Shown: positions 51,733 to 64,000 of the stretch, in pieces
How the letters are laid out: each line of letters opens with the position of its first letter
Numbering within the stretch: position 1 is the stretch's first letter
Assembly (NCBI GenBank): GCA_051313645.2
Contig: JBNRSN020000002.1
Span: 525,202,001-525,266,000 of the forward strand
DNA length: 64,000 bases
Origin: Centroscyllium fabricii
Taxonomy: Eukaryota
Direction of reading: 5' to 3'
Position numbers and translations under genes: made by a program
The notes under the pieces: model-generated
The model's database searches: none
What the model was told of the DNA's origin: nothing
The model's input: only the letters and a program-made list of their open reading frames with translations

Positions 51733-54700
51733 TGTGGTAACCGTATTGTACATAACTTACCACTGTAATATTGTCGCCAATATTGGCTATGTATGTTACA
51801 CTGTTTTACAACACTGTCGTGGAGCCAGGTCAGCCACACCTCTAACTCCTCCCCCAGGTGAGGCCCTTTATAGGTGAGGACTGACCGGGCTCCCTCATTC
51901 TGTTCTGGATGTTCGTTCGGAGTGTAGCTCCAAAGTTAGTTAATAAAAGCCTGTAGTTTAAGGTCTTTTATTAAGAGAATTGACGATACGTCAATTTTAT
52001 TAACTAAGAAAATTTGAAATGGAGAGTGGTGCGGTAAAGCCAGAGAAGCTGGACACCAGTCCAAAGGACCCAGCCGCCGCCACCACGTTCGAACACTGGT
52101 TCGGTCTCCTGGAGGCATATATGGACGCCGCCAAGGCTACAACCGACGGAAACAAACTGCAAGTTCTCCGGTCTAGGATCTCCAGCCGAGTATTCTCCCT
52201 CATCAGAGATGCCAAAACCTACCCAGCGGCAGTGGAAAAACTGCGGAAATGCTACGAGCGCCCGGTCCACTCGGTCTACGCCAGACATGTGCTCGCGACC
52301 AGACCGCAACTACCGGGTGAGACAAATGAACAATTTGAACAAGCACTCCAAGCCCTGGTACGGGTCTGTGGCTGCCAAGCACGGACAGCAGAGGAAGAGG
52401 CGAATCTCCTCATCCGTGATGCATACGTAACAGGCCTGAGATGTGTTGAAGCCCGCCAGCGGCTGCTGGAGAAAGACTCTTTGACTTTAGAGGAGGCGAT
52501 CTCCATATCAAACTCTGTAGAAGGGGCACGCAACAAGCTGCAGGCGTACAGCGGCACAAACCCACAGGTCTACGACGCGTGGGCCGCGCCACAACGGGCC
52601 CAGGCCTGGGCAGCACCACAACGGGTCGAGACCCCCACGATAGCTGCGACAGCTGCAAAGGCAGACAAACGATGCTACTTCTGCGGTCAGGGACTGTATC
52701 CACGAGCTAGATGCCCAGCGAGGACCGCGACCTGTGAGAGGTGCTCCAAAAAGGGACACTACGCAAAGGCCTGCAGATCAGCACCAGCAGCGCCCAACTC
52801 CAGGTACAACAGCGCAGCCTGTGAAAGCTCTGCCAGGACTCAGGTAAGCTGCAATAGCAGCGCGATCCAGCGATGGTCCGGGGGTAGAAGAGAAGCGCCC
52901 CCATCTCCCACCCTGATGCGGCAAAGGCCGGCTGCACCCACGGCACGCCAAGCTCAGCCACGGCCGGCCAAGCGCGACCCCACAACGCCAGCAGCACACC
53001 CAGCGCGGCTCGCTGCGTGCGAATCACGGGCACCGCCAACCCAACCACCGCGGCTCGCTGCGTGTGAACCACGGGCACCGCCAACCCAGCCACCGCGGCC
53101 CGCTGCGTGCGAACCACGGGTGCCGCCAGCGCGCCCACAGTGGTCAGCCGCGTGCGAACCACGGGCGCCGCCATCTTGTCTCCAGCGGCCCACCATGTGC
53201 GACCCCTCGGCGCCGCCATCTTGTCTCCAGCGGCCCGCCATGTGCGAGCCATGGGCGCCGCCATCTTGTGTACAGCCCCAACCAGCAGGGGGCCTCCACA
53301 CACAAAGGCACACTTCGGCCTCAGCCATACCTAAAGTGGACCAGGCGAGGCCACACAACCTATCGAACTCGATCATGCCGATCAAAATTAACGGCCATGT
53401 CACTAATTGCCTGTTCGACACTGGAAGCACAGAGAGCTTTGTTCACCCTGATACAGCGCAGCGCTATGGACTGCAGATCCTGCCCACGCGCTACCAAGTC
53501 TCCCTTGCTTCACAGTCCCACACCGCGGACGTCACCGGCTACTGCTCCATCACGCTCACAGTCAAGGGTTGTGTGTTCCGTAACTTTAAGTTGTACACCC
53601 TCAAGCAGTTGTGTGCCCCAGCCTTACTAGGTCTGCATTTCCAGTGCCACCCCAAGAGCGTGACAATGGAGTTCGGCGGGACCTTGCCCCCCCTCACCGT
53701 CAGTAGCCGGGACAGTCCCTTCCCAAAGAGGAGCCCGGCCTGCGGCCTCTCCACCCTGAAAATCGACCCCCCCTCACTGTTCGCCAACCTCGACCCCAAC
53801 TGCAAACCTATTGCTACTAAGAGTCGGCGGTACAGTTTGGGCGATCGCACGTTTATCAGGTCGGAGGTCGGGCGTATGCTGAAGGAGGGGATAATTGAAG
53901 CCAGCACCAGCCCCTGGCGGGCCCAGGTAGTAGTGGTGAAGACTGGCGAGAAACAGCGGCTGGTTATTGACTACAGCCAGACTATCAACCGTTACACCGG
54001 GCTCGATGCCTACCCCCTCCCCCGCATCTCGGACACGGTCAACCAGATTGCCCAATATAAGGTGTTCTCCACGATCGACCTTAAGTCGGCGTATCACCAA
54101 CTCCCGATCCGGAAAGCCGACCGCCCGTACACCGCCTTCGAGGCGAACGGTCGGCTCCACAACTTCCTCCGGTTCCCCTTCGGCGTGACCAACGGAGTGT
54201 CGGTATTCCAGCGGGAGATGGACCACATGGTTAACCAGAACGGGTTGCGGGCCACCTTCCCTTACCTGGACAACGTGACCATCTGCGGCCATGACCAGCA
54301 GGACCACGATGCCAATCTGGCCAAATTCCTGGACACGGCGGAAAAGCTGGACCTCACGTATAACAAAGACAAATGTGTCTTTAATACAGACCGGCTCGCC
54401 ATCCTCGGATACGTGGTGGAGAATGGGGTCCTCAGCCCCGACCCACAGCGTATGCGCCCCCTACAAGAACTGCCCCTACCTCACAACCCCAAAGCCTTGA
54501 GGAGATGCCTAGGATTTTTCTCCTACTACGCACAATGGGTCCCACAGTTCGCGGACAAGGCTAGACCACTCCTCAAGGCTGCCGTCTTCTCCCTCTCGGT
54601 AGAAGCCCAAACGGCATTTGCCCGGATAAAGGAAGATATTATCAAGGTGACCATGCACGCCGTTGATGAATCCATCCCCTTCCAGGTGGAGAGTGACGCT

Positions 54701-56534
54701 TCAGACTTTGCTCTTGCCGCCACCCTGAACCAGGCAGGCAGGCCTGTAGCGTTTTTCTCCCGCACCTTACAGGGACCTGAAATTCGCCACTCTGCAGTGG
54801 AAAAGGAGGCCTAGGCCATCGTGGAGGCCGTGCGCTACTGGCGTCATTACCTGGCCGGTAAGCGTTTTACCCTTCTCACCGACCAACGGTCGGTGGCGTT
54901 TATGTTTAATAATAAACAGAAGGGTAAGATCAAGTAAGATCAAGGTGGCGGATCGAGCACTCGACTTACGAGTATGACATTCTTTACCGACCAGGTAAAC
55001 TCAATGAACCCCCGGACGCACTGTCCAGGGGAACGTGCGCCAGTGCCCAGCTAGACCGGCTGAAGGACCTCCACGATCGCCTCTGTCACCCGGGTGTCAC
55101 CAGACTCGCCCATTTCATTAGATCCCGTAGCCTCCCCTACTCCATCACGGAGATCAAGGCTATGACCCGAGAGTGCTCTGTTTGCGCCGAGTGCAAACCC
55201 CAATTTTTCCGGCCAGACACGGTGCACCTCATTAAGGCCACCCGCCCCTTTGAACGTCTAAGCGTGGACTTCAAAGGCCCCCGCCCCACCACCGACCGCA
55301 ACTCATACTTCCTCACGGTCGTAGATGAGTTCTCCCGCTTCCCCTTCGCCTTCCCCTGCTCAGATATGACGAGCGCAACGGTGATAAAACACTTCACCAC
55401 GCTGTTCACCATTTTCGGTCTCCCTAGCTACATTCATAGCGACCGGGGGGTCATCGTTCATGAGCGATGAACTGTGTCAGTTTCTGCTCCAGAAAGGGGT
55501 TGCCTCGAGCAGAACGACCAGTTATAACCCCCGGGGGAACGGCCAGGTAGAAAGGGAGAATGGGATCATCTGGAAGGCGGTCACCCTGGCTCTGAAGTCC
55601 AGAGGCCTTCCAGTGGCCCATTGGCAGGCAGTCCTCCCAGACGCGCTGCATTCGATACGCTCTCTGTTATGTACGGCCACTAACGCCACCCCTCATGACT
55701 TGATGTTTTCCTTTCCTAGGAAGTCGACTTCGGGGACAGCTCTTCCTCCATGGCTCACGACACCGGGGCCGTTCTTCCTTAGAAGACACGTCCGTGGCCA
55801 CAAGACCGACCCCCTGGTGGACAAGGTGCAGCTCCTGCATGCGAATCCCCAATATGCCTACGTGCAGTTCCCGGATGGGCGCGAGGACACCATCTCCATC
55901 AGGGACCTGGCGCCTGCCGGGAGCACCACAGCAGAGCCCCTGGTCGGGCAGCAGCCCGCCCAGCCACAGTATTTGGAACACCCCCTGCATCTACAGTGGC
56001 CTCCGAGGTATCCAGAGCCCCAGCCGTGGCCAGCCCAAGATCACCTTTCCGATGGCTCGGATCAACTGAGAGCACCAGCATCCAAAATTTCGGCACCAGC
56101 GCCACTGTCACCACCACCGGACCCGAGCAGGACGGAACACAACAAACTTTTACCAGAGCCCCGGCGGTCCTCCAGACAGACACGACCGCCAGAGAAGCTT
56201 ATAATGAACTGCTCTGTCCATTCACCCTGCCGGACTTAAATTTTCAAGAAGGGGTGAATGTGGTAACCGTATTGTACATAACTTACCACTATAATATTGT
56301 CGCCAATATTGGCTATATATGTTACACTGTTTTACAACACTGTCGTGGAGCCAGGTCAGCCACACCTCTAACTCCTCCCCCAGGTGAGGCCCTTTATAGG
56401 TGAGGACTGACCAGGCTCCCTCATTCTGTTCTGGATGTTCGTTCGGAGTGTAGCTCCAAAGTTAGTTAATAAAAGCCTGTAGTTTAAGGTCACTACTCGT
56501 TAACTCTTTTATTAAGAGAATTGACGATACGTCA
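51733..56534 (+). mobile_element. Near full-length Ty3/Gypsy LTR retrotransposon
   Basis: LTRs 51733-51993 and 56259-56534 (TG...CA; about three substitutions and one 15-bp indel by eye); PPT AAGAAGGGG before the 3' LTR; TSD ACAAC/AGAAC; domain order Gag-PR-RT-RH-IN. Confidence 0.95.
52019..56239 (+). pseudogene. Gypsy gag-pol, disrupted (TAG at 54812-54814 in RNase H, lesion near 54935, frameshift near 55450)
   Basis: CCHC knuckle CERCSKKGHYAKAC, protease LFDTGS, RT (PFGVTNG, YLDN), RNase H ESDAS, integrase HHCC with SVDFKGP / HSDRG / GNGQVEREN. Confidence 0.92.
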
Positions 56535-57169
56535 AGAACATAAAGAGAGAGATCTAGTTTAGAGTCATTAGCTTCCTGGTTCCAGATTGTCTCTGTCCAA
56601 GGTGGGCCCAGGCCCCAGTATTTATACACCCTGGTCGGCACCCTCAGCTGGCCGACCAGTAACTTTTCCTAAGTTATTTCGGAAGTCGTGTTTTACGACA
56701 CTCATCATTCCCTGTGTGAAGAAGAACCTCCTGTTATCAGTTCCAGCTTGAAACCTTAAAGCAATATTCTGGATTAATTTATTAAATTCCCTTTCCTACC
56801 TTATAAATCTCCATAAGGCCTAGAACAGTCCTACTCCTTCTGGCTCACGACGACCCTATACAAATGCATAAACAAGAGCATTTCCCTGGGCCTCCTATGG
56901 CCTGTATCCTATGCTGCCCGGAGGCCATGGGAACGTAGGCGGGTCTGCGGTTAAAATGGCGTACGCTTCCCGATGACGGCATCGGGACCTGACATTGCTA
57001 TTTAAATGAGGACACCGCTCCCCTGGGATGGGCGGCCATCACATGCCTGAAGTAAAATGGTTTGCGGGGGGGGGCGGTGAGGAGGTTGGGGGGGAAGGGG
57101 GCGGGAATGCATTAGGAATGCGGTGCAGAACCCCACTGCCATCTTATCCTCTGCATGCACCGTTCTCAC

Positions 57170-57400
57170 AGGGCAGGGAGAGTTATAATCAGCCTCATGG
57201 CTCTTTTCTCCACTGTTCTCACTGCTTGTATGTCTCCGCTGAGGCTTGGTGACCAGAACTGGACACAGAACGTAGCTTCAGTCTGACCAGTGCAATTAGA
57301 TCGTGACTTCCTCTGACCTGTTCTGGCCATGCAGTTCAATATTCTATTTGCTTTGTTTGATTGATACTCTGCATTGTTTGGACACATTGAGCATTGAGTC
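57170..57400 (-). mobile_element. Degenerate CR1 fragment
   Basis: KANRILNC...CVQFWSP...DIQAVRTVEKRAMRLI. Confidence 0.7.
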
Positions 57401-57794
57401 CTTAACCTGGGTTCTTTGAGGCTAGCTGTAGCACCCGACCGCCCTCTCTGAGATTAGCTTGCCATCTTTCTTCCCAGTGCTCCTGAAGGACCTGACTCCC
57501 TCCAAGAGTAGTAGTCAGCCTTTAGTACCATGCCCAAGTGGTCATTATTCATGTGTGAGTTTTGACAGTGCACTCTTAAGGTTACAGTCTTAAAAGATAA
57601 CACACATTTTTCACCACTGATGTCTCTGGTTGAGCAAGGCTGTCTGTTCTGTAATGATGCTGAAAGCACAGCTTCTGTGCTGTGTGCGGCCAGCAGGAGT
57701 AAGTGACACTGTCACTCAATGCTTAACAGAAGCACACAAGGAAATCCAGCCACATGTACATATTATACAGTATAGTTCCTTTGTACAGTCCGCT

Positions 57795-58190
57795 TAGAGC
57801 AGAGAAGTTTAAGGGGAGATTTAATAAGAGTGTTCAAAAATTATGAAGGGATTTCACAGAGTAAATAAGGAGAAACTGTTTCCATTGGCAGGAGGGTCGG
57901 TCATCAGAGGACACAGATTGAAGGTAATTGGCAAAAGAACCAGAGGCGAGAGGAGGAGATCTTTTTACGCAGCGAGTTGTTGTGATCTGGAATGCGCTGC
58001 CTGAAAGGGCGATGGATGCAGATTCAGTCGTAACTTTCAAAAGGGAATCGGATACATACATGAAAAAGAGAAATTTGCAGGGCTTTGGGAAAAGAGCAGG
58101 GGGGAGTGGGGCTAATTGGAGAGCTCGTTCAAGGAGCCGGCACAGGCACGATGGGCCGAATGGCCTCCTTCTGTGCTGCATCATTCTATG
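57795..58190 (+). mobile_element. CR1 3' fragment (same family as 4244-4775)
   Basis: LFTQRVVVIWNALPERAMDADSVVTFKRE and the GGGCCGAATGGCCTCCTTCTGTGCTG tail. Confidence 0.88.
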
Positions 58191-58419
58191 AATCTCTGAC
58201 GGCATGGAAACCACAGTCATGCCTGTAAAATGCAGAAAAGTTGTTTCAAATTCAGAAAGTTGAGCTTTGTCACAATTGGGCAACCCAAACAAGTACTAAA
58301 GAATGGGAAGGTGTCTGTGTCTGGGTGGTGGGGGAAATACTCTGCCAGAGATAGCCTCTGCATGAGTGGAGGCTGACTGCTGGAACAGACGCAAACTCTG
58401 ATTCCTGTGTACACAGGTG

Positions 58420-59090
58420 AACACACATAGACACAAACACACTCACACACTGGCTCACACACACATACATCCATAAGTATGCAAATGCATATATAGAGTT
58501 ACACATAAATTCATGCATGCACACATGCCATATGCATGCCAACAAATGCACATGCGCGTACACATGCACATACCCACATGCATGCCTATTTATACATGCA
58601 CACACATGGATGTGCACATATTCACAGGCCTGCACATGTTCTCATTCATACAGACACATGCATACACACACTCATGCACCCAAGCAAGAATGCATACTTA
58701 CATATACACACACACATCCGCGCACTCACTGAATCTAGCTATATTTGCAAACTCAGTCATGTGTTCATGTCTGAGCACACATATGTGCAGACACAGTTAT
58801 ACATGCAGGCATGTAAACACGGTGCAGACACACTCACATGCTAATGCACATACATGGGAATATATACAATACATATTCATAAATTAGGCACACTTGACAT
58901 ACACATGCATGCATATGCACACTCGTGCACAGAGGTGCACACATTCAGGCAGGCACATTTATGTATATCCACATGGACACACAAACACTATCTCACGCTC
59001 TCAGCGACACACACATATATACACACAGGAACAAACACATGCACACACACATACAGTGACACAGCCACTCAAGGATGCACACACATGGGA
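58420..59090. repeat. CA/CATG-rich low-complexity tract
   Basis: Degenerate (CACAT)n/(CATG)n; source of the His/Thr-rich pseudo-ORFs. Confidence 0.85.
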
Positions 59091-59099
59091 ATATAAACA

Positions 59100-59362
59100 A
59101 TAGCAAAACACAGCAGATGCTGGAAATCCAAAATACCAGAAAATGATGGAAAAACTCAGCAGGTCAGGCAGCATCGGTGGAGAGAAAAATAGAGTTGACG
59201 TTTCGGGCCGGGATCCTTTGTCAAGACTAATGCCTTCCTAGCTGTTTCATTTCCTGGCTTTAGTCTTGACAAAGGATCCTAACCCGAAATGTCGACTCGA
59301 TATTTCTCTCCACGGAAGTTGCCTGGCCTGCTGAGTTTTTCCAGCATTTGCTGTTGTTATTT
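59100..59362. mobile_element. Fold-back element, family B, with two degenerate hammerhead motifs
   Basis: Inverted arms; both carry AGTC-TTGACAA-AGGATCC...CC-GAAA-(C/T)GTC-(A/G)ACT, a non-canonical core. Confidence 0.75.
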
Positions 59363-59928
59363 GGGAATAAATGCGCACTGACACACATGCACACCTACTG
59401 GAATGCCTTTTTGCTCACTAATTCATTGTTTTTAATTAGAACTACCACACTCTAATGTCACTCAGTACGGAAGTGCACTGAGTGCTCTAAATTATACAGA
59501 GCTGAAAGCCCTGGGCTCAATATCTGGATTTCAGTACTTGGGGTGTTGCAGTTAGCTTCAGTGACCCTGGGCTAGGGTAGGGAACAATCCTCCATGGCTC
59601 ATATTGCTAATATCTATCTAGCAATGTCTGAGGATCCAGATACATGGACAAAGGCATATGGACAAAGGTATTTTGATGCAGGAATGTGGATGCAAGTGTA
59701 TGGATTAAGCATATGGTTGCAAGTATATGGATGCAGGTATACAGACACAGGCGTGTGAACACAGTTTGTGCATTAAGGAAAAGGGCACAGGTATATGGAA
59801 GCAAGTATATGGAGGCAGCTATGTCGCACCCCAGCAACAGTAAGGAAGGAGAGAAGAGGGAAAAAACTGGGAAAAAGAACCACTGCCTTGTTCAGGGTTC
59901 GGAGATGTAGATAATTCAACAATGATCT

Positions 59929-62091
59929 TGTGGCGACACGCCCACCAAAGGCATCGAATCCGCCTCGGGAGTACTGCGGGGCACAGCCCCACCCATCGGG
60001 TGACGCGATGATGTCACCGCGACTTCCGGCGTGATGACGTCACCGGGACTTCCGGCGTGATGACGTCACCAACCGCGGGCACTTTAAATAAGCCTGCTCC
60101 AGGTGGATCAGTCTCTTTTCCTACCTGGCCATGCAATGTAATAAACACGTGTTTTCTGTCCTACTGGCTCCCGCGTGGTTCTTCAGGCCTGCATGCACTA
60201 CAGTGGTGACCCCGAACTTGGAACGTCTTCCAAGAGAACAGAAATGAAGCAGTTGCTGCAGGACTGAGGGCCAAGCTGCCTCAGAGCACTTCCAACCAAC
60301 ATGCCTTCAGGAAGCCAAGCTGCACGACCTCAAAGACTGGGCCAGAACTCCGGCCACCGATTAACTCTACCGGAGTTCTGGGAGCTACGCCCAGCGGCCT
60401 GGTTCCTGTGTATCGAAACCAGCTGCCGCATCCATGGCGTCCAGGGGGATGATCGCTACGACCTGCTCTTCTCGGCCCTACCGCAGACCACGGTCGATCG
60501 GATGTGGCCGACGTTACAGCGTGCACCAGCAGCAGGCAGGTACGAATTCCTTAACGGCCGCGCTGCTTAAAAAATTCACCCCCTCCCAATTTGAGCGCGA
60601 CTGCCAGCTCATCAACCTCCCCGAACTCGGGGACGCAGACCCATCGGACCTTTGGGCCCAAATGGAAGCGCTGAACTCAGACCCAGCCTCCATCAAGCGC
60701 ACCTTGTTCCTCCTCAAACTGCCCCCCTCCGTCAGACTGGCTCTGACGGCCCTCTGCCACTGCAGCGGAGAACAGCTGGCTGAGGAGGCCGACAAGCTCA
60801 TGACGGCCGAGCGCTCCCGCTCCGCCACGTGCGAGCCCGCTGCTACGGCAGCCGAGCCCCGCTACGCGCACCCCAGGTCCGACCCCAGGCCTGAACCCAG
60901 GCCAACGCGACCCCGCAAAAGGCCGCGCACATCGGGCACCGGCTGGTGCTACTACCACACCCTGTTTGAATCCAAAGCGCAACGCTGCGTCCAGCCCTGC
61001 ACTTTCAAACCCCAGCCCGGCTCAAGCCCCACCATGTCTGTAGGCCACTCTGGAGCACTGCTCTACATTACAGACAGTGGCACAGGCCTCCGGTTCCTCT
61101 GCGACACAGGCGCGCAGCACAGCATTGTGCCAGCCACCACTGCAGAAGCCAAACAAGGCACCCGGGGCCCGCCACTCGAAGCCGCAAACGGCTCCGAAAT
61201 AAAGACGTACGGCACCCGCAAGCTCACCATCAAGCTAGCAGGCCACAAGTACCACTGGGACTTCATCACCGCCCAGGTCAAACTACCCCTCCTCGGGGCA
61301 GATTTCCTCTGCGCCCACGGCCTCCTGGTCGACATGACCCGGTGCCGACTGGTCGACATACACAACATGTCAACCATCCCATGCTCCACAGGGCCGGCAC
61401 GCCAGGCCCACGCAGCGGCACACTGCCAAGTCCGGAACTCCGACACGTACGGCACGCTCCTCACGGAGTTCCCAGCCCTCACCAACTCCACCTTCACAGC
61501 CCGCACGGCCAAACACGGGGTGGAGCATTTCATCACCACCACCGGCCCTCCCCTCCATGCCCATGCCCGCAGGCTGGACCCGGCCAAACTGGAGATCGTG
61601 CGTACCGAGTTCCGCACCATGGAACAACTCGGCATAATCCGCCACTCCAACAGCCCCTGGGCCTCCCCCCTCCACATCGCCCCCATGCCGGGCGGTGGTT
61701 GGCGCCCCTGCGGAGACTAACGCCACCTCAACAACGCCACCACCCCAGACAGGTACCCCGTACCCCACATCCAAGATTTCTCCGCCAGGCTAGCAGGCTC
61801 CACGATCTTCTCTAAGATCGACCTGGTATGGGGCTACCACCAGGTACCAGTGCACCCGACGGATGTCCCTAAGACAGCCGTCATCACCCCTTTCGGACTG
61901 TTCGAATTCCTCCAAATGCCCTTCGGACTTAAAAACGCGGCCCAGGCCTTCCAACGCCTCATGGACTCGGTCCTACGGGACTTGCAGTTCATGATCGTCT
62001 ACCTAGACGACATCCTCGTGGCCAGCACCTCCCCCCAGGAACACCTCCTCCATCTCAGGAACCTGTTCCAATGCCTGACTGAACACAGTCT
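59929..62091 (+). mobile_element. CsRn1/Kabuki-clade Gypsy element, 5' part (LTR 59929-60202, tRNA-Trp PBS, gag, PR, RT)
   Basis: TG...CA LTR; PBS TGGTGACCCCG (60204), complementary to the tRNA-Trp 3' end; CHCC motif CYYHTLFESKAQRCVQPC; LCDTGA protease; RT with a TAA stop at RPCGD* and YLDD. Interrupted at 62092. Confidence 0.9.
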
Positions 62092-64000
62092 TGTAGCGCC
62101 GGCAGGCCCAAGAACCACACGTGAGCCAGAGCTAAAGAAAAACACAGCTTCACTAACAAGTACAAAACAAGAAAGAGGCAGAACCACTCGAGACAAGCAT
62201 ATTTAAACGGTCCCGTGGTTGGTGACGTCATCGCGTCGGCCGACGTGATGACGTAGTCGCGTCACCCGGATGAGCGGGGCTTTGCTCCGCGGAGTCCCCG
62301 TGGCGGATTCGATGTCCCCGTGGGCGTACCGCCACACAGCTCCCCCCAGAATCCGTCCGGGAGGAATAGTGACAGTGTCTATGTGTGCCGTTGGGGTGGC
62401 CGGATGATGCGGCCGGACCGTGTTGCTAGTAGTCTCTGGTTCTGCGGTGGAGTGTGGGCGGGTTTTGTTGCGGGAGGGCGACCGCGTTGAGGTGGTTGTG
62501 CGGGGACCGTGGTCTCGCCCGCTATCACATGTGCCGGCTTGAGCCGGTCTATTGTTACAGTTTCAGTCCTGTTACCCAATTGTAATTCGAAAGCTTTCGC
62601 TCCCGCCCGAAGCACTCTGTAGGGGCCATCGTAAGGTGGCTGTAGTGGAGAACGGTGTCCGTCGCGCCGAACAAACACAAATTTGGCATTTTTAATGTTG
62701 CCCGGCACCCGAGCCGCCGGCTCTCCGTGCCGGGCCACTGGTAGTGGTTGGAAAGCTCGTGCCGGGTTAGCAAAATCTTTTAAATACTGGTCGGCTGACC
62801 AGGGAGCGTTGGGCTCAGCCAGGAACTCGCCCGGCACTGTTAAAGTTTGGCCGTAGACGAGCTCCGCTGCCGAGGCGTTGAGGTCTTCTTTGACTGCCGA
62901 GCGCAGCCCGAGGAGGACCCATGGAAGGCGGTCGGTCCACGATGCATCCTTTAGCGTGGCCCATAGTGATGCCTTCATCGAGCGGTGGAACCGTTCGCAT
63001 AGGCCGTTTGCCTGTGGGTGGTATGCAGTGGTTCGGTGTAGCGTTACCCCGAGGGCACGGGCGATGGCCGCCCATAATGCCGACGTAAACTGGGGTCCTC
63101 TGTCGGAGGTGATGTCTGTGGGCACGCCAAATCGGGCGACCCAGGTGGCGATGAATGCCCTGGCCAAGTCCGTGGTGCCGGTGGCAGTGAGGGGGACTGC
63201 TTCTGGCCAGCGGGTGTTGCGGTCGACCATGGTCATTAGGTGCGTGTGGCCCCGGGATGGCGGTAGTGGCCCGACGAGATCTATGTGGACGTGGTCAAAA
63301 CGCCTGGCCGGTACTTAAAAATTTTCCAGCGGTGCCCTGATGTGCTTATGCACTTTGGAGCGCTGGCAGGCTATGCAGGAGCTGGCCCAGGCGCGGACGT
63401 CTTTGCGCAGGCCGCGCCATACAAAACGGGCCGATATTAGCTTAATGGACGCGCGGGCGCCGGGGTGGGACAGGTCGTGGAGGGTCCTAAAGATATGTTG
63501 CCTCCAAGCGTGGGGCACGACGGACCTGGGTTGCGGTAACGAAACGTCGCAGCAGACGACGGTGGCAGCGGGGCCGTGCGCGATATTGGCCAAGTGTAGG
63601 CCGGGAAGATTAGTTGCTGCGTTAAGTAGGTCAGGGTCGGCCAGCTGGTCAGCGGCCAGCTGGGCGTAATCGACCGCCATTTGGGCGGCGTTAATGGTGG
63701 GTCGTGAGAGGCAGTCAGCCACCACGTTGTCGCAGCCGGAAATGTGCTGTATGTCGGTTGTGAATTCCGACACGGCCGCGAGTTGGCGCTGCTGCCTGGC
63801 CGACCAGGGTTCAGCGACCTTAGCCATTGCAAATGTGAGTGGCTTGTGGTCGCTGAAGGCTGTAAAGTGGCGGCCCTCCAAGAGGAAACGAAAATGTCGC
63901 ACCGCCAGATGGAGAGCGAGCAGCTCTCTATCAAAGGCGCTGTATTTAACCTCTGGGGGCCGGAGTTGCCGGCTAAAAAAGGCCAAGGGCTGCCATGAGT
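62092..64000 (-). mobile_element. Second, related CsRn1-like Gypsy element, 3' part, inserted antisense into the first element's RT
   Basis: LTR 62092-62336 begins TGTGGCGGTACGCCCAC on the minus strand (compare TGTGGCGACACGCCCAC) and is preceded by PPT GGGGGGAG; RNase H/HHCC ORF 63315-63986 and integrase core + GPY ORF 62379-63236. Confidence 0.92.

Larger units (their letters stand above)
51664..56700 (-). mobile_element. Short solo LTR (51664-51732 + 56540-56700) hosting the Gypsy element
   Basis: Termini TGATGTAA...TTACGACA; perfect 5-bp TSD CTCAT (51659 and 56701); minus-strand TATAAA (~56622) and AATAAA (~51713). Confidence 0.75.

Noticed and set aside
52707-54307. Antisense ORFs of 150-200 aa within the Gypsy element (similar ones at 61063-61774)
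   Set aside because: Expected shadow ORFs of GC-rich coding sequence, with no recognisable motifs.
52019-54814. Domesticated gag-pol host gene
   Set aside because: Flanked by near-identical LTRs, PPT and TSD, with disabling lesions downstream; it is a recent insertion.
58270-59103. His/Thr/Cys-rich ORFs on both strands
   Set aside because: Low-complexity CA/CATG tract.

Overview
Vertebrate genomic DNA, most likely a shark or other cartilaginous fish, judged from its V-SINE/HE1-like, Deu-SINE-like and CR1 repeats. The minus strand carries the 5' part of Pax2: coding exons 1-4 at 18191-18149, 14723-14558, 11806-11609 and 5268-5183. All four have canonical GT/AG sites and join in frame; exon 5 onward appears to lie left of the window. 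About 5-38 kb is a TE-poor, presumably regulatory domain with CNE-like blocks, microsatellites, N runs, a telomere-like minisatellite and candidate alternative first exons. Beyond about 38.8 kb the window is mostly transposable elements, including a four-level nest (CR1 > solo LTR > Rex/Babar LINE > V-SINE), a near-complete Ty3/Gypsy element inside another solo LTR, and two CsRn1/Kabuki-like Gypsy elements, one inside the other. The most interesting signals are: (i) seven short elements of two families, six of them fold-backs and most with flanking direct repeats, carrying intact or remnant minimal hammerhead-ribozyme motifs of Penelope-like origin; (ii) a Gypsy element whose primer-binding position is a 13-nt perfect complement of its own LTR poly(A)-signal region rather than a tRNA, with a YLDN RT motif; (iii) an in-frame upstream splice acceptor for Pax2 exon 2. 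I see no convincing wholly new protein-coding system. Everything was read by eye, without database searches.
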